From a virus (taxonomy: Duplodnaviria; Caudoviricetes), in IMG/VR virus record IMGVR_UViG_2854208954_000001, positions 15,498-79,497 of that record: a stretch of DNA of 64,000 nucleotides, one strand, 5' to 3'. Positions 28,130 to 37,669 of the stretch are shown one piece after another (the first letter of the stretch is position 1; each line of letters begins with the position of its first letter). Under the pieces are notes generated by a model. It had not been told where the DNA came from, made no database searches, and saw only the letters and a program-made list of their open reading frames with translations. Position numbers and translations under genes: made by a program.

Positions 28130-28372
28130 ATGAATAAACCATCACTGCATGACAAAGATTTTTTGACGGTAATTGAAACAGCCGAATTATTTGGACTCAG
28201 CAGAAGAAAAATGTTCCGTCTTACAAGCCAAAGCGGTCTTCCCTTTATGGCTAAATACGGAACACGAAAGTTAATCATCAAAGATGAATTTATAAAATAT
28301 CTTAATAACTCAGGAATGAAGGGAAAACTCAAAAATGGCGAGCCGAGGACAAAGACGAGATTCAAAGCATAG
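28130..28372 (+). CDS. Second excisionase-like HTH protein
   Basis: FLTVIETAELFGLSRRK...RKLIIKDEFIKYL. Confidence 0.7.
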   Translation: MNKPSLHDKDFLTVIETAELFGLSRRKMFRLTSQSGLPFMAKYGTRKLIIKDEFIKYLNNSGMKGKLKNGEPRTKTRFKA

Positions 28373-29606
28373 ACTTTTGCACAACGGAGAATCAATAAGA
28401 GCAAACGGAAAATATCAATTCAAGTATTTAGTTGACGGCAAGCCAAAATTTGTATACAGCTGGCGACTTGTTCCGACAGATCCACAACCAATAGGCAAAC
28501 AGCCTTGCCTGTCACTAAGAGAATTAGAAAAGTTGGTCGGTAAAGACGTTGACTCAAGACTTGACATAACCGGCAGAAATATCACCGTCAACGAGTTAAT
28601 CTCCCGTTATCTCAAAACAAGGACAGGTGTAAGACACAACACACTTTCAAATTACAACTTTGTGCAAAACATTATGAGCAAAGAGGAATTTGGCAGTCGC
28701 AAAATCGGTGAAATCAAAACTTCCGATGCAAAGCTGTTTCTCATTAAATTACAGGAAGACGGAAGAGGCTCGAGTACAATAAAAACAGTGCGAGGTGTTT
28801 TAAGACCGGCATTTCAAATGGCAGTTGATGATGATATTCTAATGAAGAACCCTTTCGGTTTCCAATTACTCGGCATTATCATAAACACTGAACACACCCG
28901 ACAGGCTCTGACAAAAGAGCAAATGAACAAGTTTTTGAAATTTGTTCGTTACGATAATGTTTACTACAAATACTATGATGTCTTCTACATTCTCTTTCAC
29001 ACTGGTTTGAGAATTTCAGAATTTTGTGGGTTGACGATAAATGACCTTGATATGAACAACAGAATCATCAATATTGACCACCAGTTGCAGAGAACCTCAA
29101 AAATGGAGTATGTGATTGAATCAACAAAAACAAATGCCGGCACAAGAAAACTACCTATGACGGAAGATGTTTATCAGGCCTTCAAAAGAATACTTGAAAA
29201 CAGACCCACAAATCTTCCTGAAATTATGGTTGCAGGACATTGCGGTTTTCTGTTCAGAGATTCGAAAGGAATGCCAGAAGTAGCAATGCACTGGGAGCAT
29301 AGGTTTAATCACTCGGTCAAGAGATACAATGATATTTTCAGAGAGCAACTGCCTAATATCACCCCTCACATTTGCAGACATACCTATTGTTCAAATATGG
29401 CAAAGGCAAGAATGAATCCGAAAACATTGCAATACCTTATGGGACATTCCGATATAGGTGTCACGATGAACACCTATACCCATCTTGGTTTGGATGATGC
29501 CAAGGATGAAATGATAAGGCTCGAAGAACTGGAACAAGCAAGAAAAGAAGTTGAGAAAACATTAGGCACAAAACCGATACAACAAAATATGTTTAAGACG
29601 GTGTAA
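28335..29606 (+). CDS. int: Tyrosine integrase, Tn916 family
   Basis: N-terminal arm-binding RRDSKHRLL..GES; TGLRISE, TPHICRHT, MGHSDI..T..Y. Confidence 0.95.
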   Translation: MASRGQRRDSKHRLLHNGESIRANGKYQFKYLVDGKPKFVYSWRLVPTDPQPIGKQPCLSLRELEKLVGKDVDSRLDITGRNITVNELISRYLKTRTGVRHNTLSNYNFVQNIMSKEEFGSRKIGEIKTSDAKLFLIKLQEDGRGSSTIKTVRGVLRPAFQMAVDDDILMKNPFGFQLLGIIINTEHTRQALTKEQMNKFLKFVRYDNVYYKYYDVFYILFHTGLRISEFCGLTINDLDMNNRIINIDHQLQRTSKMEYVIESTKTNAGTRKLPMTEDVYQAFKRILENRPTNLPEIMVAGHCGFLFRDSKGMPEVAMHWEHRFNHSVKRYNDIFREQLPNITPHICRHTYCSNMAKARMNPKTLQYLMGHSDIGVTMNTYTHLGLDDAKDEMIRLEELEQARKEVEKTLGTKPIQQNMFKTV

Positions 29607-29652
29607 AAAACAACACTCTCATCATTGAACAAGTCCAGTAAAAACGAGCAAT

Positions 29653-29697
29653 AAAAACCTCCTATGGTATGATAAAAATGACCATAGGAGGTTTTTT
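29653..29697 (+). terminator. Perfect 16-bp inverted repeat, likely bidirectional terminator or IS-end remnant
   Basis: AAAAACCTCCTATGGT / ACCATAGGAGGTTTTT, 12-nt loop. Confidence 0.55.
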
Positions 29698-29769
29698 ATG
29701 CCTTGAAGATACAGACACATATAAAAGAGTATTTAGCGTTATCACAAAAAGCAGAGAAGGTCACTGCAG

Positions 29770-30118
29770 AGTTACAGTTTCACAGTGGCCAAGAGTTCGC
29801 AATATGTATCTCATGAATACCATTTGCTAACTAAGTCATGCGACATTACGCTGTCAATGTCAAGGCGTGGTAATCCATATGACAATGCTCCTATGGAAAG
29901 ATATTTCAATGCATTGAAAAATGATCTTATTTACCAGCATTATTATCATACAGAAGTTGAACTCTACGCAGCCATCGAAGAATTTGCGTATGTACAATAT
30001 AATCATGTACGTCCGCATTCTTATAATAATTACAAAACGCCTTATGAGGCACGCTATGGGGTTGCATAAACCCTGTGGCAGAAATTAGGTCGTAGTGTTA
30101 CAAAAAACTTGACCACAA
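29770..30118 (+). pseudogene. IS3-family transposase C-terminal remnant with right end
   Basis: SMSRRGNPYDNAPMERYFNALK..YNHVRPHS..TP; degenerate FHS-GQEF; no N-terminus. Confidence 0.8.
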
Positions 30119-31622
30119 GAGACCGCCGAAAAGTTTGTGTAAAAGTGAATAATAGACTTCCTTTCAAGCAATAATGGAAATAGAAAAAGTTAAAGCTTGA
30201 AAGAAAGTTTTTTAATGGAAAAAGCACCGGCAGAAATGATGAGAGAATTTGTAAGAAGCCAAAATTTCACATCAACAGATGAAGTGATGACAGCGATGAA
30301 AGATATGTTCAAGGACATTCTTCAGGAGATTATGGAATGTGAGCTTGCAGATGAGCTTGGCTACGAGAAAAGCGAAAGAGTGTCGAATGATGAATGTAGC
30401 AATAAGTCGAAAAATTACAGAAACGGCTACTCAAAAAAGACGGTCAAAACGCAGCTTGGTGAGCTTGATATTAAGGTTCCGAGGGACAGAAACGGCGAAT
30501 ACGAGCCAAAAATAATCAGCAAATACAACCGTAATGCAGACGGTATGGAAGAGAAAATTCTCTCACTTTATGCCTGCGGAATGAGCCAGCGTGATATTTC
30601 CGAACAAATCAAAAATCTGTATGATGTAGAAATCTCTCCCGAGTTTGTCAGCAAAATCAGCGAGAAGATTATGCCCGATGTGACTGCATGGCAAAATCGA
30701 CCTCTTGAAGCTGTATATCCGTTTGTGTTTATGGATGCAATTCATTACAAGGTCAAGGAAAATCATCAGTATATCACGAAGGCTGCATATGTAGTTCTGG
30801 GCATCAATCTTGACGGTCAGAAAGATATTCTCGGCATATGGATTGGCGAAAATGAGAGCAGTAAATTTTGGCTAAATGTGTTGAACGAACTCAAAACCCG
30901 TGGAATTAAAGATGTATTTCTGTTCTGCGTGGACGGCCTGACAGGTTTCAGACAGGCTATTGAAGCGGCTTTTCCAAATGCACAAATCCAGCGTTGCATC
31001 ATTCATCAAATACGCTCAAGCACAAGGTTTGTCAGATACAAACATATCAAGGAGCTGATGGCTAACTTGAAGAAAGTATATCAAGCAATCAGCGAGGAAG
31101 AAGCTATGAACAACCTGATTTTGTTCAAGGACAAGTGGGGCAAAACTTATCCTTCCTGTGTGAAAAGTTGGGAAGAAAATTGGGATATTCTATCCACATT
31201 CTTCGCATATCCGCCCGAGGTTCGGAAGATAATATATACAACGAATATTATCGAAGGTTTGAACCGTCAGTTCAGGCAGATTACGAAGAACAAGCCGTCA
31301 TTTACGAATGATGACAGCCTGCGCAAAATGTTGTATTTAGCGTCGCAAAAGATTGTCGAACGCTGGACACAAAGATGTCGAAACTGGGATATTGTTTTAA
31401 GCCAGTTATCGATAATATTTGAGGACAGAATACCGGCTTGATTTGCCCCCGAGAATAGAATTTCCTGTACGCAAAATGTTATTCACGCAAGGCGTGCATA
31501 ACATTCCGCAGACAGGAAAGAAAAGTTGACACGGGGCAAATCAGAAAGCCTGATTACACCGCAATCCGCTGTTTTATTATTGCTTGAAGGATTATTATTT
31601 ACACAGAATTTTATGGGGTGCC
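30119..31622 (+). mobile_element. IS256-family insertion sequence
   Basis: Imperfect 25-bp terminal IRs (GAGACCGCCGAAAAGTTTGTGTAAA vs rc GGCACCCCATAAAATTCTGTGTAAA); no matching target duplication. Confidence 0.85.
30197..31441 (+). CDS. IS256 (Mutator) transposase
   Basis: YRNGY, VPRDRNG, FMDAIHYKV, VDGLTGF, QRCIIHQIR, TTNIIEGLN. Confidence 0.95.
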   Translation: MKESFLMEKAPAEMMREFVRSQNFTSTDEVMTAMKDMFKDILQEIMECELADELGYEKSERVSNDECSNKSKNYRNGYSKKTVKTQLGELDIKVPRDRNGEYEPKIISKYNRNADGMEEKILSLYACGMSQRDISEQIKNLYDVEISPEFVSKISEKIMPDVTAWQNRPLEAVYPFVFMDAIHYKVKENHQYITKAAYVVLGINLDGQKDILGIWIGENESSKFWLNVLNELKTRGIKDVFLFCVDGLTGFRQAIEAAFPNAQIQRCIIHQIRSSTRFVRYKHIKELMANLKKVYQAISEEEAMNNLILFKDKWGKTYPSCVKSWEENWDILSTFFAYPPEVRKIIYTTNIIEGLNRQFRQITKNKPSFTNDDSLRKMLYLASQKIVERWTQRCRNWDIVLSQLSIIFEDRIPA

Positions 31623-31914
31623 ATTTCAAAACCGCTTCCGCAACCGCATTCTACATATGTTCTCACTCAAATCAGTAAAAGACAATACAAAACAAGCGGC
31701 AGTTTAAACAACTACCACTTGTCAATTTCAATTATTCTGTTTTAATGCTACCCCAACTATTGACATAGAGCCTCAAAAACATCTGTTCGATAGCAACATG
31801 ATGGTAACATTAACTTTATTCAACTGTCAAGTGATTAAATCAAATACATCAAATCGCATAAAATATTTAGAACACTTGTAAAAAATTAATTTTAATATAG
31901 TACAACATGTTTTT

Positions 31915-32802
31915 TCACTTAGCTTCTGGCTCATATACATCATATGTAATTAAGGAAATAATATCTTGTAACATTTTTTCCTTTTCATATATATGATTGT
32001 CACAATAATCATCATAATATAGAGTTCTATCTTTAGTAGGACCATAAAACACCTCTATACGATTATCATTTTGCTCCAAATTGCTTAACTTGATAGTGTA
32101 ATCATGTTCAGATATTTCAACCCACTCACCCGAAATATACTCGTAGTATGTGTATATATTATCAGAGTCACTTCGATTATCTGGTGAATATGTAGTTTTG
32201 TTTAATAAAGGCTTGATTGTTATCTGTGTTCCATCGAAAACAAGTTCAAACTTAATACTTTTATAATGATATTCGTCAATTTTTGCGAATTTCTCTCCTA
32301 TGACTACATACTCCCCTCTTTCTTTATCAAAATAAGCCGTATAATTGTTATCATAACCATCCTCATCATCCAATTCGTTTACCACTGTTGCTTTCACTAA
32401 TCGCCCATTCTCAAGATAATATGCATTAGCATGAAAATAAAAATCATCTGGATAAAGATTATCAGTAACAATAAACTCTAATTGTCCATCAAAGTTCAAA
32501 TCTGCAAACTCTACAAAATAAATATCTTTCTCAGATTCAAACTCTCCTGTCCAAATTTCTTCGTCTTCAACTACAGCAGTTATCATCTCCTCACTTTGAA
32601 AAAGTGTAGGAGAAAAAAAACCATTTTTCACATATTTTGTCATCTCTTTTGTAGGTTCTTCTATTTGAATTTGAGTTTCAGCATTATCAGCTATATTTGA
32701 ATAATCAATCTCATTTTTATCATCTTGACTTGAACAACCACACATAAAAGCGAAGCACAAAATTACAGACAAAATCAAACATAAGTATTTTTTTATTTGC
32801 AT
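31915..32802 (-). CDS. Lipoprotein of unknown function (host or accessory)
   Basis: Signal peptide and lipobox MCGC; GGAGG SD; acidic, Tyr-rich. Confidence 0.75.
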   Translation of the reverse strand: MQIKKYLCLILSVILCFAFMCGCSSQDDKNEIDYSNIADNAETQIQIEEPTKEMTKYVKNGFFSPTLFQSEEMITAVVEDEEIWTGEFESEKDIYFVEFADLNFDGQLEFIVTDNLYPDDFYFHANAYYLENGRLVKATVVNELDDEDGYDNNYTAYFDKERGEYVVIGEKFAKIDEYHYKSIKFELVFDGTQITIKPLLNKTTYSPDNRSDSDNIYTYYEYISGEWVEISEHDYTIKLSNLEQNDNRIEVFYGPTKDRTLYYDDYCDNHIYEKEKMLQDIISLITYDVYEPEAK

Positions 32803-32814
32803 ATCTTTACCTCC

Positions 32815-33345
32815 TTATGCACCATAACCAACTAAACTTTCCGCTTCACGATTAAAATAATATCTAATCACATAAGTAAAACCTTCATCAGTTTGTTTCA
32901 ACATATAAACACCATCACCACAAACATTAAGGAATCTGTAACCCTTGTAGTACGCATTAAATGGTACTGCACTACTATCATTATCATTAACTTGATAGAA
33001 ATAAACTGTGTCCCAGCCAGAATAATATAAAGCATAATTGTCAAATTTCAGAACACTATAAATACTTTCATCAGACATTCTAAAAGAGCCTGAATCTCTA
33101 GCCTTATATTTTATGCAGTTTTTTTCCTTCGTACTTAAATTCATCCTATAATTAGTATATCCCGCACCACCTATATAATAATATAGATAATTTTCATCTA
33201 CATACTGAATAGCAACTACATCGGCATTTTCTTTTAATTTTAAAACATTTTCAACTGATCCATCCAAAAGATTATATTTAAAAACTTCACAATCAACTTT
33301 TGTATGATACTCCTTATCACTACCTAGTTCAGAATTATATTGGTT
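32815..33345 (-). pseudogene. 5'-truncated gene (beta-propeller/DUF5050-like), interrupted by prophage 2
   Basis: Frame open upstream of 33267 (NQYNSELGSDKEYHTKVDCEVFKYNLL) to the TG junction with no SD/start. Confidence 0.6.
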
Positions 33346-33500
33346 TGTTGTAAGTTTTCGGAGAGAATAGGAAAAACCGTAAAAAGCCGTTAAAAAAAGT
33401 TAAAAATATGAAAATGTAGAAAACAAGCCGTTTTTTAGGTGTAAAAAGAAATTACACTTTGAAAAAACAGCTTGTTTTTTTATTTAGTGCGAAAACGAAA

Positions 33501-33550
33501 AAGCCGAGCAAATCACGAAAAATTTGTGAACCTGCTCGGCTTTAATTTTT
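33501..33550. terminator. Hairpin downstream of the repressor gene
   Basis: AAGCCGAGCA...TGCTCGGCTT stem with A/T runs on both sides. Confidence 0.55.
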
Positions 33551-33782
33551 TAAAAATAACCTTTTAAAAGCGTTTAAAATGGCTTTAAATCGGCATAAAT
33601 TGGATTTTAATATACTTTTATCTATACGATTAAAACATTTAAACAATAGGAACTATTTTAATTTTAAAGGGAAGTAACTTCCTATTCCGATGAAATCTAT
33701 ACTTTTTAACATATTGACCTTTTTAATGTTAAAAAATCCGATAATTCAAATTATGTAAAAAAATACAATTAAATGAATGTTT

Positions 33783-34715
33783 TTACATATTAAGTGTACC
33801 AAGCACCTTACCTACACAACGAACATCATCAAATCCGTGTAAAGGTATAGGCTTATAGGCTGGATTAAGTGAAACAAGCTCCTTTTTTCCTAATTTTTTA
33901 ATATACGATTCACCGTTAAGTACAAAAACCCCGATTTCGCCTTCAAAGACACTTGATGTTTGCTTAACAAGCACGGTTTCGCCGTTTGAAAATTTAGGTT
34001 GCATACTATCACCTGATATTTTTAACGCAAAATCAGCTGAAGTAGTCATATCATTTCGTGGAACAGTAAGCCATTCAGCTAAAATATCATCGCCAAGCCA
34101 TGAGCCAGTACCTGCTGAAACCGGTGTTTCATAGAACGGAATTACAATAGTGCTTTCAGCAACAGGCTTCTGCTCAGGAGTTATAAGATTAGTAATTCTT
34201 TTTAATACGGCAACTTCACCGTTGATAAATCTTTTATTGTGAAAACTATAATCGAACACTTTCCCGAAATCCGTTGCTGTTCGAAAATCATCAACATATC
34301 GTTCAATTCTACCTATCAATTCAGTTATTGCAGAAAACAAGTACTGTTTATCTTTGGCAAATAAAGCATCATTATATTGAATTCTTCTTAAAGAATATAA
34401 AACAGAATGAATTCTATCCAAACTATGTTCATCAAGCTCGTCACACATCTTCTCAAAATTAAACATAGATAAGCTATGGTCATCACGAATTTCTTCCTTA
34501 TTTGTTTCATCTCTGCCAAGTAAAATATCAACACTTACATCAAAATAATCAGCCATTTTTATAAGTGTTTTTATATCTGGTTCTCTTTTTCCTGCCTCAT
34601 AAAGAGAAATGGTACTTTCAGAAAGACCGAGAATTTTTCCTAATTCTTTCATTGATAATTTGTGTTCTTTTCGTAATTCTTTTAGTTTAGTCATAAGCTC
34701 AGCCCCTATTGTCAT
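33783..34715 (-). CDS. CI/LexA-like repressor (XRE HTH + S24 peptidase)
   Basis: LKELRKEHKLSMKELG..YEAGKREPD; VSAGTG; GDSMQP; YIKKL. Confidence 0.92.
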   Translation of the reverse strand: MTIGAELMTKLKELRKEHKLSMKELGKILGLSESTISLYEAGKREPDIKTLIKMADYFDVSVDILLGRDETNKEEIRDDHSLSMFNFEKMCDELDEHSLDRIHSVLYSLRRIQYNDALFAKDKQYLFSAITELIGRIERYVDDFRTATDFGKVFDYSFHNKRFINGEVAVLKRITNLITPEQKPVAESTIVIPFYETPVSAGTGSWLGDDILAEWLTVPRNDMTTSADFALKISGDSMQPKFSNGETVLVKQTSSVFEGEIGVFVLNGESYIKKLGKKELVSLNPAYKPIPLHGFDDVRCVGKVLGTLNM

Positions 34716-34723
34716 TATTATAA

Positions 34724-34831
34724 ACTTTACTATTAGTAAAGTAAATTAAACTTTGCAAAATGTCAAGAAAAAACTTGACAAATAGTAAATAAAGGCGTAT
34801 TATATACTTGAAACTTGACAATATGCAAAGT
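34724..34831. promoter_or_regulatory. Lysis-lysogeny switch: four 19-bp operators and rightward promoter
   Basis: ACTTTACTATTAGTAAAGT, ACTTTGCAAAATGTCAAGA, ACTTGACAAATAGTAAATA, ACTTGACAATATGCAAAGT; TTGACA(34775)-17-TATTAT. Confidence 0.75.
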
Positions 34832-34847
34832 TGAGGACGGTGATTAA

Positions 34848-35075
34848 ATGAAAAAGCGTGTTTATCTCATTGATTTGAGAAATAAAAAGGGGCTAACTCA
34901 ATTAGATATATCTAAAAGTATGGGAATATCTGAGAGTTACTACAATCTTATTGAACAGGGACAAAGACAAAAGAATATGAACATCGCTATTTTATATGGT
35001 CTTTCTAAAGCATTGAAGGTATCAGTAAACACACTGGTAGATAAGGAAATAAATTTTGCAAGAAAAGGAGATTGA
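34848..35075 (+). CDS. Cro-like XRE HTH protein
   Basis: LRNKKGLTQLDISKSMGISESYYNLIEQG; divergent from cI. Confidence 0.9.
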   Translation: MKKRVYLIDLRNKKGLTQLDISKSMGISESYYNLIEQGQRQKNMNIAILYGLSKALKVSVNTLVDKEINFARKGD

Positions 35076-35281
35076 TTATGATAGGTAAAACAATCAACAG
35101 ATACAAAATAATCGGCAACATAAACAATCGTGTTGTTATGGCTCACAACCCAAATGCAGTTGAACCGTGGGTTGTGTGGTGGCTGGACAGCGACGGAGAT
35201 CCTTACAGCGGCAGTTACTTTGCAAGCAGAAATGCCGCTGCCAAAGAATTTATGGAGAGAGCATTTTGTGTAATAAAGTGA
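35072..35281 (+). CDS. Hypothetical protein
   Basis: GGAG SD, coupled ORF; PWVVWWLD..GSYF. Confidence 0.65.
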   Translation: MIMIGKTINRYKIIGNINNRVVMAHNPNAVEPWVVWWLDSDGDPYSGSYFASRNAAAKEFMERAFCVIK

Positions 35282-35457
35282 ACCCTCGCTGTAAAGGGTG
35301 CGGACACCGCAGACCATTAAACCATAGTAACAACAAAGGCTATTCGATTTGTTATTACATTCTTGATACGGGACAGCCACGAGATTGCACAGTTGAAGAA
35401 TGTACGCACTACACAAATAAGGAATGTCACATCAAGGAGGACTTATGGACAGATTAG
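35278..35457 (+). CDS. Small Cys-rich hypothetical protein
   Basis: GTG overlapping upstream stop; CKGC..CYYILDTG..C..C. Confidence 0.55.
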   Translation: MNPRCKGCGHRRPLNHSNNKGYSICYYILDTGQPRDCTVEECTHYTNKECHIKEDLWTD

Positions 35458-35630
35458 ATTTATTTGAAAGGAAAAATTTAACTAAAACCGAAAAACTTGA
35501 AAAAATACTCAGAAAATACGGAATAAATTTTGACGATTTAAGACAGCTTAATGAATCTCAGATTAAAGCAGTAGAAACAGACTATTATTCAACTTATGGT
35601 GAATCAATATCAATAATGTTTGATTTTTAA
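35445..35630 (+). CDS. Hypothetical protein
   Basis: GGAGG SD before ATG 35445. Confidence 0.6.
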   Translation: MDRLDLFERKNLTKTEKLEKILRKYGINFDDLRQLNESQIKAVETDYYSTYGESISIMFDF

Positions 35631-35692
35631 GCCGAAACCGCCGCAAGGCGGTCAGCAGGAAATGACCTACCTGCTCTGATGATGGCAGGTCA
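35631..35692 (+). ncRNA. Hammerhead ribozyme, type II with loop-I pseudoknot
   Basis: GCC-GAAA, stem III CCGCC-GCAA-GGCGG, GUC cleavage triplet (35651-35653), stem I AGCAGG/CCUGCU, CUGAUGA core, (U)GGC, pseudoknot UGACCU/AGGUCA. Confidence 0.85.
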
Positions 35693-35707
35693 AAAGGATG
35701 TGATTTT

Positions 35708-37666
35708 TTGATTTATCTAACGGCAAAGGAAGTTGCTGGGATAAAAGGTTGCTCTGAACGATATGTAAAAATGCTCATAAACAATGGAAGTCTTCAGGGT
35801 GATGAAACAATAAACCAAAACAACCGCAAAAAATATTTGATACCTTTAAATGAACTATCCCACTCGGAACAGCTTAAATACTACAAATCGCACGCAATAG
35901 CAATTCCTGAGGATTTGCTCCCCGAACGCAAGACGGAGCGACCCCACAAGGAATTTGATGAATTTTCGGCGGTACAGCGTGAAGAGATTGCCGAATGGAT
36001 AAGGATACTTAATGCTTGGGATGAGTATTGTGCAACATCAAAGTTACAGAAAGTACCTGCAACAGAAAAATTTGTACAACTGCAAAAGGTCGCTAATCCC
36101 GACCTTAACATATCGAAGGGAATTTTGTACCGGAAAAAAAAGGCTTTAAAAGCCGATGATCTTGCAGGACTGCTTGACAATCGTGGAAGTTGGAAAAAAG
36201 GTACATCGTCAATTCCTGAAGAAGTGTGGCAATGCTTTTTAAGTTTTTATCTTGATGAGGCACAGCACCCTATACAGGCGTGCTATGAATACACCGAAAT
36301 GTGGATTAAGCGAGAAGCTCCACAGCTGTTACCTCTCCCTGCTTATGCATCGTTTTACAGGAAAGTACAAACGGCAATACCTAAGCCTGTTGAAATTATG
36401 GGACGGCAAGGTATGAAAGCCTTTAGGGACAGGTGTGCTCCGTACATACGCAGGACATACGAAGGAATGGCGTCAAACGAATGGTGGATTGCAGATAACC
36501 ACACATTTGATGTGCAGACAAAGGGAGAAAACGGAAGTATCCACAGGCTTTATCTTACAGCGTTTTTTGATGCTCGTTCGGGTATTTTTACAGGCTGTTA
36601 TGTGACCGATGCACCGTCATCGCAGGCTACATTGATAGCTCTACGAAAGGGCATAGTTAAGTACGGCATACCCGAAAACATATATGTAGATAACGGTCGA
36701 GAGTTTCTGACATTCGATGTCGGCGGACTTGGTCATAGATTGAAAAAGAGTCAAAAGGACAAGTTTGCACCGCCGCCTGTTTTTGAACGGCTGGGCATTA
36801 AAATGACAAATGCTATCGTACGAAATGCGAAGGCAAAGATTATTGAAAGACGATTTCGAGATGTTAAAGACCGACTTTCAAGACTGTTTCCGACTTATAC
36901 AGGCGGTAATGTAGTCGAACGACCGGAAAGACTTAAAAAGGTAATCAGGGACACCGACAACATACCCACGGATTATGAATTCACTCAGGCAGTTGAGGAC
37001 ATTTTAACCTACTATATGAATGAAAAACCATATAGCGGAGCGGTAAGCTCAGACAGCGGTAAAAGCCGAATGCAGGTTTACAGAGAACAACTTAAAGAAA
37101 AACGAGTCGCCGCAGAACTTGACCTCAACTTGATGTTAATGAGAAGCACAAGAAGTCAGAAAGTCGGCAGGCGTGGAGTACATCTTACTGTTGCAGGCGA
37201 GAAAATTGATTACTACAATGATGACCTTATTTTAAATCATTTTGGAGAATCTGTTTACTGTCGATATGACCCGGAAGATATTTCGGAAGTCAGAATTTAT
37301 GACCTTGATGATAACTACATAATGACCGCTCCAACAGACAATGAAGCAGTCCTTGCCTACGGAGCATCTAAAGATGCAGTTGCTCAGGCACTCCGTAAGG
37401 TTAAGAGCCTTGAAAAACTCACTAAACAGGAACTCAAGGCAAGTCAGATTACAGCATTTGGCAAAGAAACAGCACTCAATCTTGTGCTTGCAACCGCTGA
37501 GGAAAACAAAGCAAATGCCGAGGAAATCAATCCGAAGGTTATATCAGTACACCGTGCCGATGAAACGGCAGAGCAGTTGCCTATGGCAGTTGGTCAGTCG
37601 AATATCGTAACGATAGATAAGGCAAAAATGATAAGAAATCTTGAACAGCGACAAAAGGAGGAATAA
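35708..37666 (+). CDS. Mu-like DDE transposase (MuA-like)
   Basis: N-terminal HTH, WWIADNHTFD, IYVDNGREF, KIIERRF, Mu-transposase C-terminal region. Confidence 0.92.
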   Translation: MIYLTAKEVAGIKGCSERYVKMLINNGSLQGDETINQNNRKKYLIPLNELSHSEQLKYYKSHAIAIPEDLLPERKTERPHKEFDEFSAVQREEIAEWIRILNAWDEYCATSKLQKVPATEKFVQLQKVANPDLNISKGILYRKKKALKADDLAGLLDNRGSWKKGTSSIPEEVWQCFLSFYLDEAQHPIQACYEYTEMWIKREAPQLLPLPAYASFYRKVQTAIPKPVEIMGRQGMKAFRDRCAPYIRRTYEGMASNEWWIADNHTFDVQTKGENGSIHRLYLTAFFDARSGIFTGCYVTDAPSSQATLIALRKGIVKYGIPENIYVDNGREFLTFDVGGLGHRLKKSQKDKFAPPPVFERLGIKMTNAIVRNAKAKIIERRFRDVKDRLSRLFPTYTGGNVVERPERLKKVIRDTDNIPTDYEFTQAVEDILTYYMNEKPYSGAVSSDSGKSRMQVYREQLKEKRVAAELDLNLMLMRSTRSQKVGRRGVHLTVAGEKIDYYNDDLILNHFGESVYCRYDPEDISEVRIYDLDDNYIMTAPTDNEAVLAYGASKDAVAQALRKVKSLEKLTKQELKASQITAFGKETALNLVLATAEENKANAEEINPKVISVHRADETAEQLPMAVGQSNIVTIDKAKMIRNLEQRQKEE

Positions 37667-37669
37667 TAA

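Larger units (their letters stand above)
1..29606 (+). mobile_element. Prophage 1: HK97-like siphoviral element (left end outside window; right end uncertain, possibly to ~31.8 kb)
   Basis: Co-oriented MTase, TerL, portal, ClpP, capsid, tail, lysis, PolA replication block and tyrosine integrase. Confidence 0.9.

Noticed and set aside
29653-29697. Perfect 16-bp inverted repeat as attachment site or CRISPR repeat
   Set aside because: Single copy, hairpin with A/T runs; better explained as a terminator or IS-end remnant.
33360-33500. MuA-type transposase binding sites at the left end
   Set aside because: Only short AAGCCG and GTAAAAAG recurrences in low-complexity DNA; no convincing consensus without the right end.
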